A model generated the notes under the pieces. The model made no database searches. It had not been told where the DNA came from and worked only from the letters and a program-made list of their open reading frames with translations. This document shows positions 1-13,710 of a DNA stretch of 64,000 nucleotides, piece after piece. Every line of letters begins with the position of its first letter. Within the stretch, counting starts at the first letter, position 1. Both the position numbers and the translations under genes were made by a program. Source of the stretch: Tubiluchus corallicola (Eukaryota > Animalia > Priapulida); the NCBI GenBank assembly GCA_030141605.1, contig JAQGDQ010000424.1:135964-199963 (forward strand). The letters run 5' to 3'.

Positions 1-12
1 GAGCATGGCTTC

Positions 13-311
13 GTAAGTGGTCATAGATATGGTGATGTTACGAACGATTGCAGTGCTATGGGTACGATTACGTTTGCATACCATATCTATGACTATGGGA
101 TAACACTATGCCACTGATCGTAAGTGGGGATAGATATGGTGATGTTACTAACGACTGCAGTGCTATGGCTGCGATTACGTATCTATGACTATGGGGTAAC
201 ACTATGCCGCTGATCGTAAGTGGGGACAGATATGGTGATGTTACTAACGACTGCAGTGCTATGGCTGCGATTACGTATCTATGACTATGGGGTAACACTA
301 TGCCGCTGATC
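13..311. repeat. Tandem repeat, 96-bp unit, ~3 copies (may extend left of the window)
   Basis: Unit gtaagtgggga.agatatggtgatgttactaacgactgcagtgctatgg... recurs; the minus-strand ORF repeats every 32 aa. Confidence 0.9.
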
Positions 312-607
312 TGAATTTCACATTATAGTTACGGTATTTTTCAAGATTTGGTCATTGTGACCGCGGTGTCGTATGCAACTAATCGCCATGATTTCACAAA
401 TACCACCCACTGTACCCACCCACCCAGCTTAGATTCAGTTTTTAGTCAGTCTGTAGTAATCATTGGTTATTAATACACGGCAGTGCATGATGTACAACTG
501 CTTAGAGTTTTACCACTGAAAGTTTGCATTGCAGATTGCACCGTGTGAGTAGATTATTTAAGATACATTGTGCTGTGATGATGCTGAGATATCGTAGTGC
601 AGATATC

Positions 608-780
608 AGCTGTGTTAGGACATCCGGAATGCATTGTCGCGTAAAAATCAATTTATATTGTTTTCAATGAGCCCGCTTATCAGACCTGCGTTATTTTTCT
701 GCTTTTCCTATTGGACCGTTTATGCGCAGCTGGATGCAGAATGATGCGTAATGCATTCCGGATGTCCGGTAAACGCCGCT
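608..780. mobile_element. Small MITE-like inverted-repeat element
   Basis: ggacatccggaatgcatt (from 618) is inverted as aatgcattccggatgtcc (to 767); the outer termini are degenerate. Confidence 0.5.
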
Positions 781-1133
781 TTAGAGTCGTTGGGCCATTT
801 TTATAGAGCGGAGTAGTTTGCAGCATGTTTCAAGCATTTTAATTATTAACTTGAACAGTATTTGACACTGCTATTTACAATATTATGATATTTAATAGTT
901 TGCTTCCTTTGTCACCCTTAATTTGCTTGTCAAACTAATTGGAATTATGAAACTTGTGTCAGGCATATTATTGTGATTGTAGCTTTTTCTGAATTTCTTT
1001 CATACATTGTTTAAGGTATTGTTGTTTGGACTGTTTTACGTATATAACATGTACATAAGTAACTTTAATTACATACTGTTTTACGTATATAACATGTACA
1101 TAAGTAGGTTTAATTACATTTTGTACTTTGCAG

Positions 1134-1206
1134 TTTTTCATCGAACTGAGTCACATTAAGAAATGCACCACTCTAAAGGGAGGAGTTTTTGTCTTGGAAG
1201 AGTACG
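1134..1206 (+). CDS. Internal exon of unnamed conserved gene A (FFIELSHIKKCTTLKGGVFVLEEY)
   Basis: tttgcag acceptor and G|gtgag donor; its phase-1 end joins the 2307 exon in frame. The peptide resembles a conserved metazoan C-terminal domain that I cannot name reliably. Confidence 0.8.
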
Positions 1207-1330
1207 GTGAGAGCACATAACATCTTTTCCATTGTTGAAATAGTTTTGAAGTACTGAAATTAAATGTACATTGAATAAGTTACAGCCTCTTCTGGTTTAA
1301 TTATATTTATCTGGCAATATTTAATTAGTA

Positions 1331-2069
1331 CAGCCAAATCTCGCTGTAACGCCTCCCTCTTTTGTAATATCTACCTTGCTTAAAGGAAGACTGGACGATT
1401 GTTTAGACTCAATCTTATTTTATTTACTGTCCAAATTATACATTTTCTTACCTATAAAAGTTAACAATTGTTTCTTATATTTGGATAATTAGGTTAGAAA
1501 GTTAATTAACAGCAACCGAACACAGCTATTGCTTACGTCAGAAACTAATCACAGTCTGTGCAATGGCAGGCATCTTCCCTTGCGCGTCAAGCACGTTTGC
1601 TTAAGTGTTACTACTTAAATGCATGATGTCACGAAAATGGGCTCTAGATCATATGATGTCAGAAACTAACACTGCAGTTCATGATCATGGTTATCACGGT
1701 ATCGCCTTCTATTTGTCGGCCACGTGAATGTGACAAAAAGGCGCCGTTGCCAATCCTATTAAACTCACTCAGCCGCGCGTAACTTTGAAAGTTTAACAAA
1801 ATTTGAGTATCCGAGGTAATTATTATTTAGTCTAAGGTTTTATTTAAAATAAGCTATTGTAGTTTTCAATATTTTAGAGCATTCTTTACTCTGAACTAAT
1901 GTATACACAATCAACCGGTTTTGCTTTAACAAACGCCCAAATTTTTCGCAAAACAAAATATCTTTATCTACATAGACATGTATGTATATTGTTGTGTCTC
2001 GTTTTAATGCCATACTAGTTTAATGCCAACTTTGTCTGGAGTCTCAACTTAGGCGAGGAGGTTTGACTG
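1331..2069. mobile_element. Degenerate Tigger/pogo-like MITE carrying a nested insertion
   Basis: TA-cagccaaatctc ... gaggtttgactg termini (CAGTCAAACCTC-type TIR). Confidence 0.5.
1384..1925 (+). mobile_element. Kolobok-like non-autonomous DNA transposon, family A copy 1
   Basis: TTAA flanks on both sides, AGG start, imperfect ~18-bp TIR; full-length relative at 46333-46867. Confidence 0.75.
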
Positions 2070-2306
2070 CATATGATTTTTTTTCATTTATTTGTTTGGG
2101 ATTTATTACATAAATTAGTACAGCTATCTAATAATTCAAATACACAAAACCCATTCCTCAATCATTGCTATATATACGTTGTACCAAAAAACTTTTTTGC
2201 TTTACATAAATTTCACTATTGCAGGCAACACTAATGCTAAGTGCTTTATTTACTAATTGTTTCTAATAGACATTACCTAGTTTATTTTTTTGTATTTATT
2301 CTCTAG

Positions 2307-2353
2307 AGCCAAATTCTAAGACGATCACCGAGAGGAAGTTTCGTTCGGCCATG
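2307..2353 (+). CDS. Gene A exon (EPNSKTITERKFRSAM)
   Basis: ctctag acceptor and ATG|gtgag donor; 47 nt, phase 1 to 0. Confidence 0.8.
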
Positions 2354-2817
2354 GTGAGTTTTCTTTCATTTTTCTAGGTTGTGAACCTTTGTCTTCGCAA
2401 CGTTGACTTCACAGCCGTCAGAGTTGTAATTTGCCCCGATTTTAGCGACAAGAGTTTGAATACAACGGTGCGCTTCCTGTCTGCTATCATCAAACAGAGA
2501 AAGAGTTGATTTTTTTAAAGACGTTGCTACTAGTATTAGAAATGATAGTGATAATGATACGGTATGCATTAGTGCTGTGAATGGATGTTATGGTAGTGAG
2601 TGCGTTAATGTCATTATATGTGCGGGGTGCGGTCAATTCCAGGATATTTTTGAAAAGTGCCACAAGTAGTTTCAACTAATAGAATTTGTGTGGGACTTTG
2701 TTAAACGTAGCCCTGTACTGTTCGTTTGTAAACTGTCTAACTTTATACAAAATGCGAAAAATTTATCCGGCCAAAAACAACCTTAAACATCCAGCCTTTA
2801 TTAAACTTCACAACTGG

Positions 2818-4225
2818 TGCAGAATTGTACATTAGAAAAGCTATGACATTTTACATTAAACTTTACAAGTAGTGCGGAATTATGCATTGGAAAAGCTATG
2901 ACATTTTACATTAAACTTTACAAGTAGTGCGGAATTATACATTAGAAAAGCTATGACATTTTACATTAAACTTTACAAGTAGTGCAGAATTGTACATTAG
3001 AAAAGCTATGACATTTTACATTAAACTTTACAAGTAGTGCGGAATTATGCATTGGAAAAGCTATGACATTTTACATTAAACTTTACAAGTAGTGCGGAAT
3101 TATACATTAGAAAAGCTATGACATTTTACATTAAACTTTACAAGTAGTGCAGAATTATACATTAGAAAAGCTATGACATTTTACATTAAACTTTACAAGT
3201 AGTGCGGAATTATGCATTGGAAAAGCTATGACATTTTACATTAAACTTTACAAGTAGTGCGGAATTATACATTAGAAAAGCTATGACATTTTACATTAAA
3301 CTTTACAAGTAGTGCAGAATTGTACATTAGAAAAGCTATGACATTTTACATTAAACTTTACAAGTAGTGCGGAATTATGCATTGGAAAAGCTATGACATT
3401 TTACATTAAACTTTACAAGTAGTGCGGAATTATACATTAGAAAAGATATGACATTTTACATTAAACTTTACAAGTAGTGCAGAATTATGCATCATAAAAG
3501 CTATGACATTTTACATTAAACTTTACAAGTAGTGCAGAATTATACATTAGAAAAGCTATGACATTTTACATTAAACTTTACAAGTAGTGTGGCATTATGC
3601 ACTATAAAAACTATGACATTTTACATTAAACTTTACAAGTAGTGCGGAATTATGCATTGGAAAAGCTATGACATTTTACATTTAACTTTACAAGTAGTGC
3701 GGAATTATACATTAGAAAAGCTATGACATTTTCCATTTAACTTTACAAGTAGTGCGGCATTATGCATTAGAAAAGCTATGGCATTTTACATTAAACTTTA
3801 CATGTAGTGCGGAATTGTGCATTAGAAAAGCTATGACATTTTACATTAAACTTTATAAGTAGTGCAGAATTATACATTAGAAAAGCTATGACATTTTACA
3901 TTAAACTTTACAAGTAGTGCAGAATTATGCTTTAGAAAAGCTATGACATTTTACATTAAACTTTGCAAGTAGTGCAGAATTATGCATTAGAAAAGCTATG
4001 ACATTTTACATTAAACTTTACAAGTAGTGCAGAATTATACATTAGAAAAGCTATGACATTTTACATTAAACTTTACAAGTAGTGCAGAATTATACATTAG
4101 AAAAGCTATGACATTTTACATTAAACTTTACAAGTAGTGCAGAATTATACATTAGAAAAGCTATGACATTTTACATTAAACTTTACAAGTAGTGCGGCAT
4201 TATGCATTAGAAAAGCTATGACATT
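2818..4225. repeat. Minisatellite, 55-bp unit, ~25 copies
   Basis: gtgcggaattatgcattggaaaagctatgacattttacattaaactttacaagta recurs at 55-bp spacing. Confidence 0.97.
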
Positions 4226-6381
4226 GTGCAAGCAAGAAGTTGGAATGGAATTTTGCTTTTTGCTAAATAAAATAAGCCGTATGGTCCCGGCTTTGTTTAC
4301 TGAATATGTGTGCTGTTATTGCAGTTGGTGCTAATACGCATAGCACCATTTTATTTTTATCTCTCCAACACGTCTTTGCTAAACGTTGTTGGCATATTTC
4401 AGCAGAGTCAGGTAGACAAATTTCAAAATCTTTTCAGAATCATAAATCTTTCCTATTCGAAACTAACATTTTGCATTCTTGCAAGTTCTATCAGTAGGAA
4501 TCCAAGCTGTAGTCATCCGGTGTTTACTAAATTTTTGCACTCTGCTTTCCAACTCCTGATAATAGATGTCACTTTTCCTTAGTAAATCAGTAAAGCATCA
4601 GATGAGACATGACACCGTCACTGTGTTTTTTCCTAGCTGCCAGCTCTGAACAATTTCACTTTGTGAATTTAGACAACTATGGAATGAGTATAAACGTAAT
4701 TGTACCATTGGGGTTTCCAGGCAATGTATTGGTTACTCAAGTGAACGGGTTAATTTTGGTGAAATGGTGGTCACACGCAGGCTTGCCACATTAATTGTAG
4801 TGACCACACATTGTTTTGGTAGCGGAGTGCGGATTTTTTGTGTGGTGTGTGAGGCCGTGTGATGATTTAATGAGTCAAGTGATGTTTGAAATCATGCATT
4901 GAACACAATGCACATTATGCACACATTCATTAACGAGTCGCTGTGTGCATTATTCGAAAAATTCGGTAACTTAAACGGCCACAAGATGGCTCCGGTGGTG
5001 TTGGTGGTGGTGGCGCCTCTACTCTCCTCCTGCCCACTCTAACATATCTGAGTTGGTGCATGCATTAGTTTCTTTGTTCTGCTAGTTTTCTCTAGTGCGG
5101 TGCTTCTCAAACCACGACTAGTTTAGCTTATGGCTGGTTCACACTGCCAAGGTGCAGCCCGGACCAAGATCTGTTCACACTAGGTCCGTATGGAAACTAT
5201 TCTGGGTCCTTGCGGTTTTTCTTAAATCGGTTGTGTTAATTGATGATGAAAAATTATCAAAAGCAGTGGCAGATAAAGAATATTTGGCATTTAAATGTGA
5301 TCAACAAAGGTCTCGCTCGTAACGAAGTCCGTGTAAAAATAAAAGATGGAAAACCGTCCTTTTTTTCGGGGGAAAAGCGGAAATCTTTCGGCTTACACGT
5401 GTTAAAACATTTACTGTAGGAATGACAATAAACGATTTTTTTAATTTTTTGCCAAATTTGGCATTTTGCCCTTTTGATCTTTGAGAAGCACCAATCTAGG
5501 CTAGTTTCTAGCTGAGTGGTTGTAGATGATAATAGAGAATGTTCATACTGTTCAAGGTACTGTTCACGCTGTTCAGGATGTGCATACTGTTCAACGCATG
5601 TTTTCTGAATCCTTGAACCATTCCTACCCCCCTTCTGTAGGCTTGTAGCAGTTTCTGTAGATTAATACTAGTTACGGTGTTGTAAGCTGTGCCGCTAATG
5701 CTGCTGTTAGAGTAATTATTGATTTTTTGGTGATCAGCTCTGGTGGCGGTGCTTTTCTGCGTCTTTATAATCTTCTTTCATCATATTTTTAAAGCACTGT
5801 AATGCATTGTAATTTCACTGACATTTTAATGCAGAACAGAACTTTATTTAATACTAAATTCTCCTTACGTTAATTGTTTATTGTCATAAAGTAAGTTCAT
5901 CATACGCCTGTCGCGTCTATGTAGACTTGCAGGCAGAATTGTAAAATAAAAGAAATCTGCCTTCAGACAGGTAAACGCAGCAGTAATCCAGCAAAAAAGC
6001 TAGACACTGCTACGCCAGTGGCTTGTCAGCACCACTTCCGTTAAATAAAGTAAGACAAGACAAGTCAAATGCATACAATGAGGGAAATCTTTAATGCATG
6101 CCATTGGGATTCAAAAAAGCTTATAGGTGGACCTAGAAAGTATTATTTTGTGAGGTGGACACTGGGAAATGTTAACCGTTTATAGTAAACATAATTAAAG
6201 TGTCTGTATAATCTGTATTTAAGAATCAGTATACCGTGCAAGTTGTGATAACAACAGGTTAAACTTTGCTGTTCAATTCAGGATGAAACTTTCATTGTTG
6301 TTTTATAAGAATCACCTTTTTGTCTTTTCTTCATTGATTACCTTTTACGAAAACTCGTACTGTTTGTGTCTCCCTCTGTAG

Positions 6382-6564
6382 GCGGATAAGCTAATCCTCG
6401 CCGTTCATCGGGTATTTTCCGTCCAACCGGAACTGTTTATTCCAGACCGCTTAGCAAAATCTAGTCGGGCCAGAGAGCGTATGAAACTGTGTTTTACCTG
6501 CGCAAATTCTCACCAGCATTGTTTAGCCGTAACCATGGTGACGGACTCTGTACAGTGGAAATAA
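6382..6564 (+). CDS. Gene A candidate alternative terminal exon (ADKLILAVHRVFSVQPELF...QWK*)
   Basis: Pyrimidine tract + ctgtag acceptor, phase 0, 60 open codons; the start aligns with the 13711 exon. Confidence 0.6.
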   Translation, partial: ADKLILAVHRVFSVQPELFIPDRLAKSSRARERMKLCFTCANSHQHCLAVTMVTDSVQWK

Positions 6565-8013
6565 GTTTCCGTTTTGTCGTTTTTACAAAATTTCGTGTAC
6601 TAGAAATAACCATTTTAACTGTTAGAGAGTAACAGTCATTTTAATGACACAAAATATGCAATTAATATTCCTCAGCAATAGCTGAAACAAATCTTTGTGT
6701 AATTTTTCTTTCACAATGGAGGAAATCTTTAGTGTTAGCAGTTGTGAAAAGTCAAATACGTAAAAATAATTAATGATTCATCTGTTATTACATCAGACTA
6801 TTTAAGAATCAGTGTAAAACGGTCAAATTTTCGTACTGATCGCACTCTGTCTGTGCACTTGTTTTATACATTCATTTGATCAATGTCTGTAAAATTTTCA
6901 TTGGTAAGTTACAAAAGGGTTAAATGTTTAACAACCCCCTCCCCCCAAAAGACTGTTAACTTCAAAAATTTAGCTGATTTTGGTAAACAATGTTCCAAAT
7001 TTTAATTTGCTATGTTGGGATTTCTTTCTCGTTTAACGATTATGAGGCGTTTCTTCGTTTCCTGTCAAGTTTTCGCTTTTTGCCTGAACGATATAAAACT
7101 GATAAACATTGGCGTGGCTTATGCTGACTGTGCAGTCGTCATGGTTACGGCATCTATTTGGTGAGAATTTGTCAAACTTTTGTGCTTAACAATTTTTCGA
7201 TAATTGTTCAGTATGTATGCATCGTAGATTAGAAAGCTTAGTGTGGCTACCTTCTGTGCATTGCCTTCCTATTTGTCTGCATGTCAGAAATGCTCGTTGC
7301 TTCGCTTGAATCTGGCTGCCTGTTACCCGTAGAAATTTTTCTAACGTGCATCTGTATTTCTTACCCAAACTACCATGTAATTTTAATTACGATGTGTCTA
7401 GCAACGAAATAGAATGTTTTTTCAGTTTTGATGTTGAAATCTGAGTCGACACCACCACCATCTAGTAATGAAAAATTTACCATGAGTTAAAATACATGTA
7501 TGTTGCCGTACTTTGTGCGTGATAAATCGTGTCTTTATGCCTGAAGCGTACTCTTGTATTTCCGTAATTTTGAGTGGTGTAAAACAACTCATTGGATGTT
7601 TACGACCTGGTGCAGCAAGGCATGTGAGCACAGCTTAACGTCCTTCAAAATTATAATAAGAACCTGGCTTCAGGAGAGAAGTGTGATTTTTTAAAATCTT
7701 GATGGTGGAGTTGTTTTCATTTTATCCCGCTTAGACAACATCTCAAGTAGCAACAAACGACAGACTTCACCTTACAAACCGTGCAAATTAATCTTAAAGA
7801 AATAGCACTATTTTGCTGTTTATTGCAAACGAAATCCTCACGTTCCAATACATCCGTAGTGAAAAAACAGTGTTACCAAAGTTTGAGGGGCCGTAGACCA
7901 TAGCCTACTCTAGGTATAGGATAATCCGTGCACCGTAAACTGTAGCATAAAATAAAAGAGAAATTAGCATAGCCAATTAAATGCTTTGAGCTCGGCTTCT
8001 GCCAAAGTATTAA

Positions 8014-9056
8014 GAGTCATTCCGCGAGAAAACCATGCAAAAGTCAAAAAATAGTGGAAGGTGACAAATCACCGATTTTGTTCATATTCACAGGGTTGGA
8101 TGATCCCCTCAGATGTACCCCACAGCCAAAATATTAGATATCAAAAATGAGCCGTTTCGGAGATAGGCCGCCATTTTGATTTTTTTCGGATTTTGGCCAT
8201 TTTGACGTAAAAAAATGACCTATATTTGTCACATCATTACAGGCAGTAAATGAATGATCCAGGACTAGTTGCTGTGTGGTATATATAGTAGGGGTCTTGC
8301 CCTATTGCCACATTGAGTTTGATGAATTGAGATTCTCTTTCAGTAGGTATGATGAGCTCATGAAAGATGCGTGTCTGCTACAGTCTGAATGACACCCTGT
8401 TTTAAAATTCTCATAACTCCACTGGGGCGGGTATTTGAAGTATAATTAATATATGTTTATTTACAGCTTGACCAGGCATACTTAGATCATTAATAAAATT
8501 TTGGCCAGCTCGTCCATAAATTGACGAGATTCGATCTTGAATGTGACCTAAATCGAAAAAAAATTAGTACGAATTATTCATAATTCTGAATAAAAAAATG
8601 AAAATTTCAAAAAGAAACGATAAATTACAGTTTCTGTCTCTCTGTCTCTCTGTGTCTCTCTGTGTCTCTCTTTGTCTCTCTCTTTGTCTCTCTCTGTCTC
8701 TCCGTGTCTCTCTCTGTCTCTCTGTGTCTCTCTCTGTCTCTGTCTCTCTGTGTCTCTCTCTGTCTCTCTGTGTCTCTCTCTGTCTCTCTGTGTCTCTCTC
8801 TCTGTCTCGGTCTCTCTGTGTCTCTCTGTGTCTCTCTCTGTGTCTCTGTCTCTGTCTCTCTGTGTCTCTCTCTGTCTCTCTGTGTCTCTCTCTGTCTCTC
8901 TGTGTGTCTCTCTGTCTCTCTGTGTCTCTCTCTGTCTCTCTGTGTCTCTCTGTATCTCTCTCTATCTCTCTGTGTCTCTATGTATCTCTCTCTGTCTCTC
9001 TGTGTCTCTCTCTGTCTGTCTCTGTCTCTCTGTGTCTCTCTCTGTCTCCCTGTGTC

Positions 9057-9123
<67 letters not shown>

Positions 9124-10874
9124 GTGTGTCTCTTCTGTCTCTCTCTGTCTCTGTGTCTCTCTCTCTCTCTGTCTCTCTCCGTCTCTTTCTGTCTCTCTCT
9201 CTGTCTCTCTGTGTCTCTCTCTGTCTCTGTGTGTGTCTCTCTCTGTCTCTGTCTCTCTCTGTCTCTATGTGTCTCTCTCTGTCTCTGTCTCTCTCTGTCT
9301 CTCTCCGTGTCTCTCTGTGTCTCTTTTGATAAGGAGGTTACCATAGCAACACATAGTAGCAGCTTACTGTATGTATTATCAATTATTAGCTTATTATTAT
9401 TTACTATAGTGCGACTTTTCATTGAATATTGGCGAATAAAAAATTGTCGTGGACGTAAAGAATTTGTTGTTGTCTTTTTGTTATTTTGAAAATTTGCGAT
9501 TATAAGCGTCAGCGCCCTGATTCTCGTTAGAGTTTAGTTGAATATGGTAGTCGGTGTATATGCGTATATCTTTACGAGACGGTGGAAACCTGGCGGTTAA
9601 ATACAATATGAGCGAATGGCTTGAAACATACGTTGCACAGAGTCGGAATTAGTATGTAACGGCCGAGGCAGGGTCGTACTGGCCTTTGCTGCTTTTCTTA
9701 ACCAGTTTTTCAGAAGTCTGGTTGTCGAAGCTGCCAAAGTTGCCACACCAGGGTATTAGTAACTAACTAACTATTAACTCGAATTGATTTGAGGAAAAAT
9801 ATCAGGGACTGTCAACTATTCGCCTGTTGAATACAAGACCACACAAAGCTGTGCGCATTTTAAAAATTGGCTCGCAACATGTTATATTCGATGCTCGCGG
9901 CGGTTTCAACACAATTTCACAAATAGTGCCTTGCCTCGCCTTGTCTGCCTTACTTTAGAATCTTGTTCAGCAAAGCGACACTAAACCCTTTTGACTGAAG
10001 TCTATTTTTCAGTCAAGACAGTGGGGCCCTCCCGAGGCCCCCGTATTGATCCACGGGCCATAGGTATATAGCCCGAGCACTTGTACACGAAACTGTTATT
10101 ATGTACATGAAACTATTCCGTGTTTTATACAGATTATAAAAATCACTATGTTGTAATCGTCAAAGGGGCCCTTCGAAGGGAATGCCCTGATGAGGGGCAT
10201 GGTTGCTAGGAGTGCCCAGACATCTAAAGCCAGTCCATTACTACTATAAACATTGACGTCGCTGCACTTTGTCTCGATTCTAATGGCAACACCGTCATCC
10301 AAAGGCGAATAGCTAAATATAGGTCAAGGTTGTGAAAATGGCAAAAAAGAGCAACTTTGGCTAAAAATTCTGGACTCTTGGGAGATCGCTGGCCAAAATT
10401 TTATTTCATGCATTTGTAGAACTAGTCAAGCTGCAAATAAAAATATATTGATTAGTCCCCCAATACCCGCCCCAGTGGAGTTATGGGGATTTCAAAATGG
10501 CGTCTAAATTCAGCAGCAGCAGACACGTATCTTTTGCAATCTGATGACACCAACTGAAAAGGAGGTTCAACTTGGCAACGATAATGGTACGGTAGGGTAA
10601 GACCCCTACTATATATATCACCAATTAACTAGTGCTGGATCGCTCATTTACTGTCTGTAATAACGTGAGAAATAATGGGCAATTTTTTATGCCAAAATGG
10701 CCAAAATCCGAAAAAAAATCAAAATGGCGGTTTTTCTCAGAAACGGCTCATTTCTGAAATCTAATATTTTGGCTGTGGGGTACATCTGAGGGGACCATCA
10801 AACCCTGTGAATATGAACAAAATCGGTGATTTGTCACCTTCCACTATTTTGCTGATTTTCTCACGGAATGACTC
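8014..10874. mobile_element. Non-autonomous Sola3-like DNA transposon
   Basis: TTAA flanks, GAG...CTC termini and ~500-bp imperfect TIRs (8014-~8515 vs ~10385-10874); no transposase ORF. Confidence 0.8.
8630..9325. repeat. Compound (TC)n/(TG) microsatellite inside the Sola3-like element
   Basis: Direct reading; source of the low-complexity SL/RE ORFs. Confidence 0.97.
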
Positions 10875-11457
10875 TTAAGGTGTAAATCTGAGTTGACACG
10901 AATATCTGGTGCGCTGACTGCCTTGCTGCATCTGCAGAAATTGTGCTGTGTGTTGAGACTTATGCGTGTTTTGACTAGTTTTGTTTGAAATTAATCAAGA
11001 ATGGTACTGTGCTGTTACACTGGATGTATGTTAAAAGATTGTTTATATGTTGCAAAATTACTTATATTATATAATTTGGTAGACTAAGACAAAGCTGCCT
11101 GGAAATTAATTTGCATCTGCAACATTTGAACAAAAAAGCCTGTCGTAAAAGTTTAGTTTCTCTACAATCTACACCATGCAAAGTAAGATTTGAAACTTAA
11201 ATGTCCTTACAGAAGTAAAGAAAAATACCACCAAAATTCGTGTCTTAAATACATAAAAAGATTCTGTCTATCTGCAATTTCTGCATTTATGGACAAAACT
11301 TTACACTTCAATACTGGCATTCATAAAGGTAGCAGAATAGTGTGTAATTAGTTACACCTACATTCTATAAGTTACTTTCATCGACAATGTGGTGATCTGT
11401 GACCACTTGTATGCCCCATAAGCCATGTAAGAGACTATCCGTAGCTGTTTGCAGGTA

Positions 11458-11926
11458 CAGTCAACCTCGGGTATAAGGTACTCGCTTATAAACGACCACC
11501 AACACTGATCCCGATTTTTCGTAACGTTTTTCCTATGTAAAAATCTTCGTATATAATGTACTCGGATATAAGGGACTTTTGGTTATAAGGGACGATATCT
11601 AATAGAGACCCAGGTAAATTACCTCGCATATAAGGGACCCTATGATCAAAGCGAAATTGATCGATCTTCAACCTCAATTTTTCGCAAACTCGGCTTTCAA
11701 ACAGCTCAGTTTCCGCGGTCACATACATCTCACATCACTGAACGAGCTTCCTACATACCGTCTGCATTGAATGTGTAGCAATAATCCATAAAAATATGGG
11801 TAAAAGTACAGAAAAGTGCAGGTCTAGATACACCCTCGCTCTGACTTAACTTCGGCAAGAAGGGACATCGGATATAATGGACAGTTTTTCCGGTCCCCGA
11901 GGTGTCCCTTATATCCGAGGTTGACT
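11458..11926. mobile_element. Tigger/pogo-like MITE
   Basis: TA-cagtcaacctcgg ... ccgaggttgact TIR; internal tataagggac sub-repeats. Confidence 0.7.
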
Positions 11927-13710
11927 ACACTTCCTTGACAATGTGATTTAAATGCCCCAAAATCATGTAAGAGACTATCCATAGGTGTTTATAGGTATAT
12001 GTCCATGTATCTACATTATATCAACAAAAGAAACAAAAACATATAGTCTAAAAGTTGTTTGTGATCAAAGCTACGTAAAAACCATGTAGTATGATGTGTC
12101 TCTGTAGTCACAATATGCAAAAAAGTGCTGAATAATCTTTTCTACAAAATGTGACCTGCGATTAAATGTAAGAAGAACCTTGGATTACAATATGTCTGTG
12201 CAGTTAAAATTTATGAACAGGCATCTTAAGTAACCAGATGCATCTAAAAACGTGACTTATGATCAAGAGTATCAGTGCCCCCATGCAAGACATTTCTGCT
12301 CATGTGGAACATAAGAATAAAAGCTTTGAATAATCACTTGTATCTACAAACACGTGAATTGTGACCAAAAGTATCATAGACCATGCAAAAAGTACATCTG
12401 TGCATCTACAACATTTTTATTTATTTTTATATAAGAACATTTATAAAATATTTTTTTTTTGATAAAATAAAATGGCAGCAGGCACACAGCACTTATGCTA
12501 GCCATATGATACAATATAAACGATTTACAATACATTTACAATCACAGTTATAAACAAATACAAAAACTTAAAAACCTAAAAAACCTTAAAAGAAACTTGA
12601 AACGGAGAGACACTACATACAATAAAGAACAATAGCTTACATAAAACGACTAAAATGGCAGTAGCTTAAAAAATTGCAGCGTGTTAGTCTGCTGTTGAAA
12701 ATGACAATGTTTGGCGCATTAACCATGTCATAACATCTGAACAAAAGTGTCCAATAAACACTTTCATAGATCTACAAAGTGTAACTTGTGTGATCAGATG
12801 TCACAAAAACCATGAAAGACAATATATCCATGATGCACTTGCAAGGCATTTGAAAACACTTGCATCTGTAATATCGCAACTTTAGTGCCTGCAAAAATGA
12901 ATCTTCACTTAATTACTCGTAATACTGTATCATGTCCATCTTATTTCATTTTCCACCAAGTGAAAATCAGTTAGTATACATTATGATCAAACAATTTGTA
13001 ATCAGTTTCCTGTTTTGCACCAATGTAAACAAAGACACCACAAAAGTAAATTAGGCATGCATTATGTGTCCATAGACAATACATCCTTAAAAGGCATTGG
13101 CTCGTTGTGCTTCATAATGTGTAAAAGATGTGTAGTGGAAAGCAGTCTAAGCAGTGTTTGAAGGCAAATAAAACAGATCAAATATATTACAACATTTTCT
13201 GCTCTTCACATACAATTATATTGTGCCTTTAAAAATGTCTCGGCAGAAACTGAAAAACTCTTCAGCTGCTAGAAGCTTTTCCAGGCATTTTTGTGTTAAC
13301 TCTACCAAGATTTTGTGATAACAACATCTCTCTATTAGTCTGACATTAAAGAATTGTGATCGTAGCTTCTTAAAAATATCGACTGGCAGATGGCATAAGA
13401 ACCCAAATCAACTCAGATATTCATAAATGAACGTGTGATTTTGTGATAGTAACATTTCTGTGACCTTTATCAAGTTTTTGGGTTGCTGAATGTAATTGAG
13501 TACTCATATTAACCATTGTTGTAGGTTGTGGTTGTGATTTTACAATAACAAGTTGTAGTTACTCTCTATTATGGCTACTAATGTGCCGTGATTTCACATG
13601 AATTATAAGTTGATACAATCACCTTCAGGAACCATCTGCCAGTAGTGCTAAAGCTAATGTAACAACTTGAGTTGGTAATAAAAACTTCACTTTATTTTTT
13701 ATCTATTCAG

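Noticed and set aside
2818-4225. CRISPR-like appearance of this and other arrays
   Set aside because: Head-to-tail units with no unique spacers, no cas genes, eukaryotic context.
8598-9489. Long ORFs of 224-275 aa
   Set aside because: Translations of a TC/TG microsatellite inside a transposon.
10186-10560. Hammerhead ribozyme cores (ctgatga motifs); also gtgacgag in the 82-bp repeat
   Set aside because: No stem II followed by GAAA and no cleavage-site stem could be formed.
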